From the human T2T-CHM13v2.0 reference genome, Homo sapiens: a stretch of 64,000 bases of DNA. Position 1 is the stretch's first letter, and each line of letters begins with the position of its first letter. Below the pieces are notes generated by a model that was not told where the DNA came from, searched no databases, and was given only the letters and a program-made list of their open reading frames with translations. The DNA lies in NCBI RefSeq assembly GCF_009914755.1, contig NC_060927.1. The stretch is one strand, 5' to 3'. Below are positions 1-16,118 of this stretch, one piece after another. Made by a program: the position numbers and the translations under genes.

Positions 1-984
1 TTTGAATATTGTGATGTGATGTGCCTAATTCCATCTATTTGATAAGAGTAGAGCCAGGGTGCGTGTGCAAGGGGGTGAGGGTGAGGGTGAGATCCATGCA
101 TGGTCTGAATAGCTTGGGCCTTAGAGTCAACAGCCTGGGTTAGAATCCTAGCTCCATTAGGTCATCTGTCCTAACTTTCTCTATATTCATTATCTCCGGG
201 TGCTGTCAAACCATGGCAACATCTATCAATTAGAATCGGTCATCAGATAGATTCTTTTACAGAAGTGTCAGTAGGACAAAGTGAAATTGGAGGAGAGGCT
301 TGAGAGCGGGAGGAAGAAATTACTCCAAATTATGCTACACAAGTTTGCCAGGTTACTAAACCTATTGAAACAAGTAGTCCTACAGATTCATCAAGCAAGT
401 TGAGTAACCCTTAAAATTGGGTTGCATTTTGCTGTAAGACTACAAAATTTCCTTTCTTCCTTCCTCTCTTCTCCCTTTCTCTCTCCATAACTTTATCAAG
501 ATAATTTTTAAAAAGAAAAAGAGCAATCCATAAGTGTTTATTTTCTCAGCATCAGTACCCCAGACCAATCCATTAGGAACCGGAATTATCACAAGGAGGC
601 ATGTTCTTTTGAGTCCATTTTCCAAACAAAATAAGTCATGGGATTAGTGGTGGGTGAAATAAAAAGTATTTCAGATTCTTTGAAGCATTTCAAAATTATT
701 TTTCAAAAAATTGGGTTTTGGAAATATCTTCTACATGTTTTTCCAAGTATTCATCCCTTGAGAACCATGGGCATATGAAGGGAAATTTGATTTTTTTCTT
801 GAGTCTAGATTTCCCAACGTCAGATGAAAGGTGATTTTGAGAACTTATAAACACTTTAAAAATTCCTTCATTTTAGTTTGATTTGGACAAATAAAAATAA
901 ATAAAACACTACAAAAAACATAAACATGGCCAAAAAGCACATTAAGTATGCAATAGCCTTAGTGTAAGGGAAATACATATCAAA

Positions 985-1636
985 ACTGTAATGAAAAACT
1001 ACTACACTAGAATGGCTAAAATGAAAGATGCTGACAACACAAAATGCTGCTTTAGAATGTGGAGCAATCAGAGCTCTCCTACATTGCTTGTGGGAATGTA
1101 GATGGAAAAATTAGGCAAAAAATAATCAAATATACATAATATACATCTTCCTATAACTCAGAAATTCCACTTATGTTTAAGAGAAATTAAAATGTCCACC
1201 AAAATTTTATGCGAAAATGTTTATACAGTCTGTATTCATATACATAAAAAAAAACAACATAATTCAGGTGCTCATTAGCAAGAGAATAAACTTTTGAATA
1301 TTCACATAATAGACTATCACTCAGGAGTACAAAAAAGAATGAATTATTGATATCCGCAATGTCATGAATGAATCTCAATGCTCAGCGAAAGAAGACAGTC
1401 AGAAAACCCATACTATATGACTCCATTTATATGGAATTCTAGAGTAGGCAAAACTAATCTATGGTGATAGAAATCAAATCAATGGTTGTTTCTGGAGGAA
1501 AGTACTTTCTAGAGTGATAAAATTTTTCTGTTTCCTGATGGGTATTGGATACATGGTTATAGGCATTTGTCATAACTCAAACTGTACACTAATATTTATG
1601 CATTTTACTGTGTTTAAATTATACCTCAATAAATGT
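985..1636 (+). mobile_element. Old L1M (L1ME-like) 3' end fragment
   Basis: L1 ORF2-end/3'UTR motifs (ctagaatggctaaaatgaaa; atgaatgaatctca; aaaactaatctatggtgatagaaatca), ending in ttatacctcaataaa. Boundaries approximate. Confidence 0.75.
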
Positions 1637-2048
1637 TTTTTATTCAAAAAGGAATAAGAAAACTTCTGAAATGTAAAAATCACTTTGAATGTATTTAAAA
1701 TAGAAAACTTTAAAAATAAAATGCCTTGATTGAAGCTTGAAAATTTTGAATGCTTTTCTAGATGCAAGTTTCTGAGTTTTGAAGCTAATATAGTAAATAT
1801 TTATAAGCAAACATCATTTTATAACCAACCTAGAAGTATGGTTCAGCATGTAGCACAGGGCCTAGTACATATCCATCCAATGCATCTAAATACATGCATC
1901 AAATGGTTGGATGGATAAATAGCAGTAGTTTAAAAATATACTTAGATTTTTCCCATTTGTTCTTCCAAAGAAAATGGTAGCTTCATTTCCAACTTGCTTT
2001 TCCTCTGCTTATATCTCTGCCTGTGTGTCTCTCCTCAGTTTTCTAAGC

Positions 2049-2233
2049 CAGTGATTCTCAAACTTCAGTGGGCATCAAAACCACCTGGAAGGCTTGTGAA
2101 AACACAAATGGCTGGGCCCCACCTTGAGAGTTTCTAACTCAGTGAGTCTGAGGGGGACCTGAGAATTTACCTTTTGACAAGTTCAAGACATGCTGATACT
2201 GCTTGCTTTGGGAACCACACTTTGAGAAGTATG
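2049..2233. mobile_element. MER5A hAT-Charlie MITE
   Basis: cagtgattctcaaactt ... ccacactttgagaa termini, about 185 bp, internal ggccccacc...gagtttct motif. Confidence 0.8.
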
Positions 2234-2605
2234 ATTTAAGAGCTTCAATTGTGAGATCAAAGATCCATCCTTTTCCAATCAACTTTCCAACTTTTAATTG
2301 TCTTTCCTAACTGCCTTTGGCCCCGCCTTCTGAGTTTCTAATTGCACTTATTACTGATACCACCCATTTGCTATTTGACTCATACTTCCTTGTATAATAG
2401 TTCATGATTTTTGAAAAAAATTACATGTATGTGTTTTCTATTCAGGTAGATAACCTTCTCAAGGGCAGGGCCCCTGACTTTGTTCCCCTCACACCTAGAA
2501 CAGGCTGTACAGCTAAGAGGTGTTAAGTCAATGCTAACAGTCCTGATACTTACATATTCTTCTAAAGCATGTACAGATGCTATTAAAAGCAAATGCTAAT
2601 ATTAC

Positions 2606-2738
2606 CTGTCATTGGGACAGTGACTTGGCAATGTCCAGTCATGGTGTGGGTTGATGAGGAAACCCCAGGACAGGAAGACTGAGCTCGGTGTCAGAGTGCC
2701 AACCACCAGCTGCAGAGGTTTGCGAGAACGAGTTTTAC
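2606..2738 (-). CDS. ABI3BP: ABI3BP exon 4 (133 nt, phase 1 to 2): (G)KTRSRKPLQLVVGTLTPSSVFLSWGFLINPHHDWTLPSHCPND(R), start of an FN3 domain
   Basis: Minus strand acceptor ctatgccacctccacag|GTAAAACT and donor GACAG|gtaat. 2+129+2 nt, open, in frame with exon 3. Confidence 0.95.
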
Positions 2739-2941
2739 CTGTGGAGGTGGCATAGAGGTTAATAATTCAGGAGACATTTAGTAAGTTGCCATGATTCGGG
2801 TAAAATGCATTAAAGATGACTTGGCAAGATGATGCAAAATGTGAAAACATCAAGTTCCTTTCCTTTTCTATAGTCCACATTATTACTAATTTTTGCCCAG
2901 GAATTTAAATGTGAATCAAATACCTTTTTCAGATTTGTGTC

Positions 2942-3004
2942 TATGCATGTGTGCATATGCATATATGCATACACATGTATATGTATATTGTACATGTACA
3001 CATA
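2942..3004. repeat. Alternating purine-pyrimidine low-complexity tract (TG/CA/TA)
   Basis: tatgcatgtgtgcatatgcatatatgcatacacatgtatatgtata... Confidence 0.7.
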
Positions 3005-5325
3005 TTAACAATATCCAGCTATACCTAGTTTTATTTTCTTGTGGGTCAGGGAAGGATATGGAGGTCTTAGCTGTGATGAGTGAAATAAACAAACACACAT
3101 ACACACACTTAATTTCTTTTACAGATAAAATGAAAGTATGTTTATTTTTTTCCCAGGACTGTGAATGAGTGTGAAATAACATCTAAGACAAGAAAATAAA
3201 CCTTATTATCTAGATTGTAGGTTATAATCTTTTTTAACCTATTTAGAAGTGTAAAATCTCTTCATGTTATTGTAGTAAGTATATATTTTACAATGAGTAT
3301 CTAAATGGAAAAGGCAAACACATTTTTTAACAATGATGGAAGAGTAGGGGTAACACAGGAAGCACAGTTGTTCTGATGGTGCCAACTGGATCTAAATAAT
3401 GCCAAGAGTTATGCTAATAAATCACTGGAGATTGTGTTCAAGTACACAGAAGCAGGCACTTGCACTTTCAAAATTATCTGAAACTGCAGAAGTAGGGCAG
3501 CGAAAAACAGGAAGAACCTCAACCATGAAAACCAATGCTGACTCATTGAAAATAATTAGAGTAAATAAGATAAAAATCCGATAGAAAGCCTAATAAAACT
3601 ACACAGAATATAAAACATACATACTCTGTATTGCTGTTGAATTCCCTCTTTTATTTCTTGAGACTATGAATGTTGTATTTGCTCTAGAAAGAACTTGTGC
3701 TGTCTAATGAAGTGGGAGCCAAATGGCAGAATGGCCTGCCACCTCTATTAAGGTAGGTAGGAGAGTGCCCCTCGCATGAGCCTATTGGTGGTCATCTGAA
3801 TCAAATGCTCTTGAAAATTGTGTCAAGCTTGTTCCTTTTGTTAAATTTAAGTTCTGTAAGTTGTTATTCAAGCAAGAACCCTTCTTAGCACAGAATACAC
3901 CTAACCTAGTGGTGGCAAATTGCCTCATTATAGGATAGTTGACTTTTAAAGATGTTTGAAATAAGTTTCAAAGATAGTTATCATTTACATGGTTGGAAAC
4001 ACGGGTTTATTCTTCTCTAACTTCTGCAGACCCAGCTGTAATTGTGCCTTATATGATGGTGATTTAAATTGTCATGTATGAGCTCCAATGAGGGCAGATT
4101 AGAATCTGCAGTGAAGGCAGGGAACACTTATAGTTTGAACAAGCCCTGGGATGATTGTGATCTTCCCTTTTCAGTTCCTGAGTTGATTTTCACTAACGTG
4201 ATGCAACGATCTCATTCACTTTGCAGATGAAAAATAAGGCACAGAGAAGTTTCAAGATTGTCCAAAGTCACATTAAGAGCAAAGTCAAAACTCAAGTCCT
4301 GGGTCTCCTCAATCACAATCTAGTTTTATTTTTATGATATCACTGTCTTGGCTCTCTATGTATAAAAATAATGCCATTTAGAGATGAAAGACATATTTTT
4401 CATGTAAGGAACCTAAGGCTTGTATGACCAAGGGAAACTAATGGTCTCCCAATTATTTGTATGACCAAATAACTATTTCACTAAGGTTGAATCTTAATAT
4501 AAAAATAATTAAATAATTAAAATTTATGTGGCAGATACAAATATAGAATGAATGGAAGCTAATCCCTTAGTCATTACATTATTCCTAAATGCAGATAACA
4601 AAAACAAAATTATATCCGCTATCCAAAAAGAAAGGTGGGATGTTATATCCTGAGCAAGATGAAGCAATTTCCTGAGCTGGTCATAAAGTAAACAATAATT
4701 TCTAAGGCTAGTGTCATAGAATCCTCAAAATAAAATGAAGTTATAAAGTGCTAAGGCATAATCATTCTCTTGACATTCCTTACATAATTTTGTATATTTG
4801 TACTATGATCATATTTCTATCAAGAAACAGTTCAATGAGTATTCATCTGAAAACAGATTCCATGGAATCACACTGATGTTTCTTGAGTTTGTGGCTCAAT
4901 ATTTTTGAAGTACAGTCTTGAAATATTGAGAGTACATCTATTTTCAAGTGTGTGGAAAACTGTCTGGACAACTCTCACTAACAAGTTGTAAGGAGCGATT
5001 GGAATTTCCCTTTTGCTTTGGGATGATCTATGAGGCCAGGAAAAAGAATTAGTATTTTTCAAAATGCTTAACCATTCAATGCTGCTCTTAAAAGAAGTGG
5101 AAATCAGCAGAAAGAGGGGAGGGAATTGTGGCAACTAATTTCTGATTTAAGCTATTTAGTATAACTGAATAGCTGACTGTTCTTTCTCCCATTTTATTCC
5201 TCCAGAAAAATATAGCAAACAAACAAAAAGATCCTTTTATCGTGTGGTATCCAGTGTACCATAAAAGATGAACATGCTTTGGAAATAATTACTTGGAGAT
5301 CATTCACATTAGAAAAATAAAAGCA

Positions 5326-5662
<337 letters not shown>

Positions 5663-6109
5663 TTAGGAAGATGCAACATCAGATAGAAAAAGCATATTCA
5701 CAGCTTCTTCCTTATAGCAATGGTCAGCTATATTATTTGATCTGAGAAGAAGTTTTGGTAGTGAAATTAGACGACATAGAATTTTAATCTTTAGTTATGT
5801 AGAAAGTTTCTACTTACTTATTTATATATCCACTTTCCTGTTGCAAGTCTTCCTAGACCTGGAAACATGAGTGTTGCTATTATTTTTATTTTATGGAAGA
5901 AATCCTTCCTTTATTGAATTGAAGAGGTTAGAAGGGAGAGATAAGGAGTAAATAAAACCTACATGCTGATCTATTTAACACACATACATGAATTATCCTT
6001 TTAAAATGTAAACAGTCTCCTTAAGAAAAGGTGAGACATAAAATTTTGCCCTTAACATCTGAAAGGCACAATAGTGAGCATGAGTTCACACACTGTAAAA
6101 TAGAAACAG

Positions 6110-6310
6110 GCTAATAGGAGCTAACCCCAAATGAGCACTGACTACAGGCCAGGCACTGTCCTTAACTCATTTAATCCTCAAGGACAACCCTATTATGCAG
6201 CAGAATCCAGGAGTAGAGAGGTTCAATAACTTATGTAATTCCCTGCAGTTTGCAAGTGGTGGCACCAGGAGAAAATCCCAAGCAGTCTCTACCACCAGGC
6301 TGTGTTACTT
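6110..6310 (-). mobile_element. MIR fragment
   Basis: gagcactgactacaggccaggcactgt...catttaatcctca core-like sequence. Boundaries approximate. Confidence 0.6.
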
Positions 6311-6461
6311 CTCCAAAAGGGTAAACTGTGGACCCAGGGCTGACACCTCCTCTACATTCTTAAAGCTTCTCAAGGCATTTGGTCTCCAGGGGTCCAAAAG
6401 AGATGAAAAGTCATGGTTCAAAGTTAATAAAAGAAAAAGAATTCAATGCAAAGGACTATAC

Positions 6462-6530
6462 CTGAACATGACTTCTTTTGACTTGGAGGTGGAGCAGGTC
6501 GCACAACTATCAGATATTTCGGCTCTGCAT
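6462..6530 (-). CDS. ABI3BP: ABI3BP exon 3 (69 nt, phase 1 to 1): (D)AEPKYLIVVRPAPPPSQKKSCS(G)
   Basis: Minus strand acceptor ttattgcttccag|ATGCAGAG and donor GTTCAG|gtatag. 2+66+1 nt, joining exons 2 and 4 in frame. Confidence 0.95.
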
Positions 6531-8056
6531 CTGGAAGCAATAACATTATTTATCAGAAAAACCCTTTGAGAACCAGCATTGGAGGCAGCACACCCCTACC
6601 CTGATTCAGCATTCCCTGAGTCATCCTCCATAACCGCAGCTCCAGGGAGTGAGAGGACCCAATAATCCGAAAAGTTGACACTTCCTGAGAAGTTTATTAA
6701 GTCATTAAAATGAAAATTAAATCCAGATTTTCCAAACCAAATGGGCAAGGGTGAGGGAGAAGTCTTAAAATAATCATACTATACACAGATTTTAAACGCT
6801 GTCTTCATCAGTTCTTTTCTCTGCAAATATATATTTTAAAAAATCAGAGTATGTCCATTCTGTTACCCCATGCCTCAAGGAGAGCCAATCCCGATGCTCC
6901 AGGGAAGGAAAAATTCTACTTGCACAAGACACCGTGGGCCTCACCTGTATGAGCTAAAATCACTCCCTTTCATGGGAACAGGAATATTTATAACGCCCTT
7001 CCTAATTTGTATCCTGTTTATGTAATTTCTCAGCCTGTTTTCATAGCTAGTCATTTTTAATGAACAATTTCTAAACAGTCACAATTTATAAGTTGGTATA
7101 ATTTTCATTTTAAATATATTTCAATGAAATGTACATAGGGAATCTCAGGATATTTAAGTTTTAAATAAAATTATATTAAATCAATCAGCATATGCTAACT
7201 CAATAAGGAGCTAATAATTTATCAAATAATTTTTTAAATATTGATGTCTGCAAGATGAATGGCTGGTTACACATATGTAAATAAACCAAATATATTTTGG
7301 GCATATGAAATAGCATTTTATAAGCAACTCTACTGGATTAATGGATTGATGAGTATTCTTTACAATGTTCCTCCAGAACTTTAAACTCTGACACTCGTTC
7401 TATAAGAAATATCATTTGGATGCTGTAGTCAGCCAGAATTCACAGCTACTTACTCAGGCAGACTTCATATCTTTGTTTTGTTTTCATTCTGGGTTCAAAT
7501 GTCTCCCCTCCATGAGTCTGGAGCAGAGGCCTTCTTGCCCAAGGCTTTGCAGAGCTGACCTCTTTTCAGATGGGGACAACCTGGCAACTCAACTTCTCTT
7601 AGTAACTTGTGCCTTTGTCTTTTTCTGGACATCTTACACAGCACTATTGGCTATAACCTGCTGCAGTAATTACCGCCGAATAAAGTAACTTAGGCAGCCT
7701 GATGAACTCACCTCAGAGCTTTGCCTCATTATTGTACAGTTGCCTCCTGCCCACCACACAGATAAAGGAGCATTCATTCTGTTCCAGTCTCGTGTGTTTG
7801 AAAGCACATCTTGCTTAGTGAGGCTCGTACAAGGAATGCTGGACCCAAATCAAATCAACAAGTTTCCTAGTAGGAATACAATAACCATTTCCTGATTTTC
7901 TTTGAGATATAGAGCAATAAACTACCATGTACTGAACGCTTTCTATGTGCTGGATACTATATTGAGAACCTTATATTCATAACTTCATTACTCCCTCATG
8001 GCAATCCTACCTGGCACTACTATTATCACCTCAATTTGTAGATGAGATAACTGGGG

Positions 8057-9852
8057 CAGGGTTGACTTCATGGGCATGTGGCATATACAGTCACATGGGG
8101 CCCCATGCTTAGAAGGGCCCTATGCTTGGTTTAAGGTCCTGCTGTCACCATCTTGAAATTCTTAACACTTTTATCTTTGAACTTGTGTTTTGCAAGGGAA
8201 GTCTGATGGGACAATAGAGCATGCATGTGAGTGGGGGAAACAGAAGCAATAAGCATGTCAGCATGTTCTTGCCTCCCCCACTCATTTATGGCATTGGAGG
8301 AATGCATTATCATATAATTCCAAAGGAACCATGATGTGTGGGAGTTCAGCAAGACTCAAAGGTAGAACAAGGTAAGTATGTCACATTTACCATTCAATAA
8401 AAGAGTAAGGAGGGGGACACACAGAGCTGTGAGAGACCGTACTTTCCATGTGAACCAGAACTTGCTTTAGATGCAGAAAAAAGGCAATGGCACTTTAAGA
8501 AATATGAATATCATCGCTGGCCATCAGAGAAATGCAAATCAAAACCACAATCAGATACCATCTCACACCAGTTACAATGGCAATCATTAAAAAGTCAGGA
8601 AACAACAGGTGCTGGAGAGGATGTGGAGAAATAGGAACACTTTTACACTGTTGGTGGGACTGTAAACTAGTTCAACCATTATGGAAGTCAGTCTGGTGAT
8701 TCCTCAGGGATCTAGAACTAGAAATACCATTTGATCCAGCCATCCCATTACTGGGTATATACCCAAAGGATTATAAATCATGCTGCTATAAAGACACATG
8801 CACATGTATGTTTATTGCGGCACTATTCACAATAGCAAAGACTTGGCACCAACCCAAATGTCCAACAATGATAGACTGGATTAAGAAAATGTAGCACATA
8901 TACACCATGGAATACTATGCAGCCATAAAAAATGATGAGTTCATGTCCTTTGTAGGGACATGGATGAAGCTGGAAACCATCATTCTCAGCAAACTATCGC
9001 AAGGACAAAAAACCAAACACCGCATGTTCTCACTCATAGGTGGGAATTGAACAATGAGAACACATGCACACAGGAAGGGGAACATCACACACCGGGGCCT
9101 GTTGTTGGGGTGGGGTATGGGGGAAGGATAGCATTCGGAGATATACCTAATGCTAAATGACGAGTTACTGGGTGCAGCACACCAACATTGCACATGTATA
9201 CATATGTAACTAACCTGCATGTTGTGCACAGGTACCCTAAAACTTAAAGTATAATAATAAAAAAAAGAAATACGAATGACCAAGAAACCCTATCATATCC
9301 TTTCTTACTCATGTATTAGCCAACCACTTATGCTGAAAATGATAAAGGAAAAAAGGGAAAGATAAGGGCACTCTTAGTTCTTTTTTTTTTCCAACTCTTC
9401 CTCATTCAGAAATGAGTTGAAAGAAGAGTGTTGGTACAATGTGCACATATTAAGAAGTGAAATAAACAGCTGAATTAGTTTTGTGCAGCATTTCCACTAT
9501 TCTGGTAGGAACAAAATGCATATGCATATATGTATAAACTGTAAAATACAAATTGTGCAGTTTCAGTAATTTCACTTAGGAATTAAAGGCCCTTACGTTT
9601 GCATTTAAACCTGGGATTGAACAATATAAAGATATAAAGTAAACTTCATGCTAATAATTTTAAATTTTTTCTTTACTAAGACATCAAATAGTAAATAAAA
9701 TAAATAAATAAAATCATGACAAAAGGAGAAACCACAAAAAGGAAAAAGCTTTATATTTTAGTATCTTCAACAACATTTTTTTTCCATGTTTTTGAACCAG
9801 GGGACCTGCATTTTCATTTTGTTCTTGGCCCTGCAAGTTATGTAACTATCTT
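8057..9852 (+). mobile_element. MER45B-like hAT-Tip100 element interrupted by an L1PA
   Basis: 5' cagggttgacttcatgggcatg...ggccccatgcttagaagggccc and 3' ggggacctgcattttcattttg...ccctgcaagttatgtaac. About 1.03 kb after removing the L1. Confidence 0.75.
8510..9264 (+). mobile_element. 5'-truncated L1PA (PA3/PA4-like) 3' end
   Basis: ORF2 end plus 3'UTR ending taaaacttaaagtataataataaaa. 13-bp TSD aagaaata(t/c)gaat at 8497-8509 and 9265-9277, with a TT/AAGA endonuclease site. Confidence 0.93.
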
Positions 9853-11055
9853 AATCAAGTCTACAAAATACTCTTTTAATAAATCTCAGGAATTCACTTT
9901 TAGAAAACAAAACCCCTAGTTTTCCTAAATTGTTCTCACTCTAGCAGAGTCTCTTAGAGTTAACCTTTTAGATTCTTCCTTCATATGGATTAATTATGCC
10001 TAATGCCTAGAGGTTTTTAAAGAAAGACCCGAAACACTAGAAAAATAACATATACAGAAGCCAAAGATAGTACCATGATCCAAGACATATGGTTATATGA
10101 GCAATTTAAAAATACCTTTTGTTATGATCACAGTTATTTTGCATAAAGCATAGGCTGTTACAGCCAATTACAAATTGGAACAAATGTCATTACCTGGGTG
10201 CATGTGTTGGCTCTTACTGCTCATTAAATATTTCCAACATACACATATTTTGGGAGTATTTGTGCTCTATTGGGGACACAGGTGTGGAAAAATAAGACTC
10301 AAGAGTAGGATTTCTATTTCTGTTCTGTACAATAAATTCTTTGTGGATTTATAGTAGCCTGGAAATATATACATTGTAGACTGAAATTCTGCCAATATAT
10401 GTTACTTCATTTAGAAAGATATATACCTAAAATGTCAATTTAGGAAAAGTTGCATAGAATGCAGTTACCTTAACAAAGTTTCCATTCCTAATAGTTAATT
10501 CTATACAATGTTGCAGACTAATTAAATCTAATTTGCTTAATATTTTGAATGCCCTATTGTGGAGGACAGGGACAGTTTACTGCTTAAGGAAATCTACTGT
10601 TGAAATATTTTGTTAATTACTGGATTTTTCAGTAATACTCTTATAATTGCAGTTTGATAAATCCCAATTTTCACATTTTGGGTCTGCTCCCATTAGAGGA
10701 CGCCTGCATTGCAAGCCTCACTGCTTCAGAATATTGTCACAGGGAAGCTTAGTTCTGCATGCAAAGTTTCTGCTATTAAAGTGTCCACAAAAGAAGCATG
10801 AAATAAACCAAGATAATCCTAAAAGAAATTAGGTAAGGGGGCCTGAAAAAGGCCCTTGCTATGTTTAACAATTTTTTTGTTAAACTAATTTTCTGGACAT
10901 AAGAGCACAGACTCTGGAAACAGATTAAATCCTATGCAACTACATGCTAGTACAAGTCAAAGTACTTAACCTCTGTGTACCTCAGTTTCCTGCAAAGTAG
11001 GAAAAATCATACCTAGTCTCAAAAGGTTCTTAAAGGTAATTAAAGTTGTAACAAA

Positions 11056-11387
<332 letters not shown>

Positions 11388-11519
11388 TTAGTAACAATGG
11401 TGATTTCTAGAAAGCAGAGTTTGTGTTCTACAAAGTCTAAGGACATATTACAAGAGAGGAAAATGTTCAAAAAATCTTTACAGCAAGCATCACAAGTTCC
11501 AAAATGCAAGCATTTCACA

Positions 11520-12110
<591 letters not shown>

Positions 12111-12209
12111 ATCCTCCTTTACTAAACATGCCAGACCCTTGCTGGCACCAACAATGATACTGGGTAAAAAAACAACGGGACTGTTGATAACTGAGTTGAA
12201 TTTCCCATT

Positions 12210-14260
<2,051 letters not shown>

Positions 14261-14269
14261 GTAAAAAAA

Positions 14270-16035
14270 AATTATCAGTTTAGGAGAATTTTAATGACTT
14301 CAATAAAAAGTAAATTTTCATACAAATTTCTTTCTACGTTGTGAAAATAAATTCTATTTCTTTCCTATTCTTGCTTTTCCTTTTTTTTTTAAAAAAAAAT
14401 AGAGATGGGTCTCACTATGCTGCTCAGGTTGGTCTCTAACTCCTGGCCTCAATAAATTCTCCTGCCTTGTCCTCCCTAAGTGCTGGAATTACAGGTGTGA
14501 GCCACTGTGCCCGGCCTCACTTTTCCAGTTATAAAGAATGTGTCAGTGTAAGGCTTTCCCTCAACAACTTAGTGAAATGTGAAAAAAGATTTTGAAATAA
14601 AAGCATCTGATGTTTGAAAACATACTTTACAAATTAAACATGCTAAGACTTATCTGTGGATTACTGCAAACAGGGGAATATAGTAAAAACAAATGAATTT
14701 ATCTGTATTAGTGCAAGTAGCTCAACATAGTAAAAACAATAGAATAGAAATGTTTGGGCTTTACCCATCCGCCAAATGAAAAAAAAATCTCCTTTTAGGT
14801 TAAAAGGATCAAGATGTAGGAGACTGGATATTCACTAGATCCCTTCATTTTCTCAAACTCTTCATCTATTTCTGGGCTGCTCATTGTAGATGCTTTTTCT
14901 TGGTTACTACTATCAGTATCTGTTTTACATGGTTTGTCTTATGTCTCTAACTGCTGTGATTTCTTGAATTGTCATCTGTCATCTAAGTCTAAGGCTTTAT
15001 GCTTAATCATTTGTGGTCTACTAGCTGGACTAGCTTCAGGAATGTCAGTGTGTTCTACCATTAAGGTCAGTTTGGCTACTACATCGAGGTGGAGGTTGTT
15101 GTTACAGCTTTTAGAAACATGTCTGTTTTTTAAAGACACAACACACGAATGAAGAAATTCAGAATCTGGATAAAAGGTCCATAATGCTTGACCAGGAAAA
15201 ATGTTCCCCTGAGGGTCTTTTTAGATATTCTTCTCTCAGGCTGCCTGAATCTATGCTCATCTCCTTTTTTCCAATTTCTTGTTTTAATCTGTTTATATCC
15301 TTTACTAGTTTATTTATTGCTTGTTCATTGTTTTTCACTTTTTTTTGCATATACTCCTTAATTCCTCTTGTAATGAAGCATTACATATTTTATCTTATGT
15401 ACCTCCTTTACTGATCCATCTTCTTCAAAAAATTTAGAGCTGTGTGTTTTTACTGCTTGGCTAAAACCAGTGGATGTAGAGGAACCTGATACAGTTTTAT
15501 AACCTAGTTGTTCAGAAATATCCAGATTGGCAACCACTAAAGGTACCCTGTGAAAAAGTCCTCTTTGAGGTTTCAAGGCATGTTTCAGTCGATGAGTAGC
15601 GCAGCTTTCTGTTATTATACTTGGTGTTAATAGCAGAAAAATAAGTTCTTGGTTTGAAAAATGCTCCTGCAAGTTTTTGTGAAGCAGCCTCTCTCTAAAC
15701 GTCATGATCTGATCTGAATGACGACAGAATTTGTACCAACCTATCACATTCTTTTTGACATTGGAGAATATTTTCTTCAGTGCTTGCTCATTTACTTCAC
15801 TTGAGGAATTATAAAAGCTAAAAAAAGCATGGAATATATTTCTGAATGTCAATTGTATAAACAACTTCAACATCATCCATTTGGGAATCAGTAATGCTAT
15901 TCTTGCCTTCATCTTTTACTTCCTTAAGAAGAACACCTTCCGTGTCCCAGACAGTGCTGGGGTTGTGTAAGGCAAGCTGGTCAACACAAAGCCCAAGAAC
16001 ACCTGCTCTTACCCTTCGTGCTGCCGTCGGCTCAG
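14270..16035 (-). pseudogene. ABRAXAS1: Processed pseudogene of ABRAXAS1 (FAM175A/Abraxas); former CDS about 16019 to 14809 plus UTRs
   Basis: Intronless peptides [69 protein letters not shown] and [12 protein letters not shown] match Abraxas. ATG is now ACG (16017-16019), frameshifts lie near 15820 and 15385, and the terminal SPTF reads SPTS before TGA at 14809-14811. The symbol given is the parent gene; the official pseudogene name is not asserted. Confidence 0.93.
14381..14516 (-). mobile_element. FLAM/Alu left monomer, probably carried in with the ABRAXAS1 3'UTR
   Basis: Monomer ggccgggcacagtggctcacacctgtaattccagcacttaggg... on the minus strand. I recall a similar monomer in the parent 3'UTR (to verify). 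Confidence 0.8.
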
Positions 16036-16113
16036 GCTTCAGGAGACCTAACTTCACAACTTCATTAATCTAAAACGCGTCTAAAACAGTTTATAGAAAA
16101 GGAAATCCTCTCT

Positions 16114-16118
<5 letters not shown>

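Noticed and set aside
6195-6569. 124-aa plus-strand ORF
   Set aside because: Starts in a MIR and runs antisense across ABI3BP exon 3. No recognisable protein.
10863-10885. 9-bp inverted repeat gtttaacaa/ttgttaaac with a 5-nt loop
   Set aside because: AT-rich and expected by chance in 64 kb.
12163-12172. ggtaaaaaaa matching 14260-14269 as a TSD for the L1
   Set aside because: Low complexity and about 37 bp from the L1 5' end, so it cannot be supported without an empty-site comparison.
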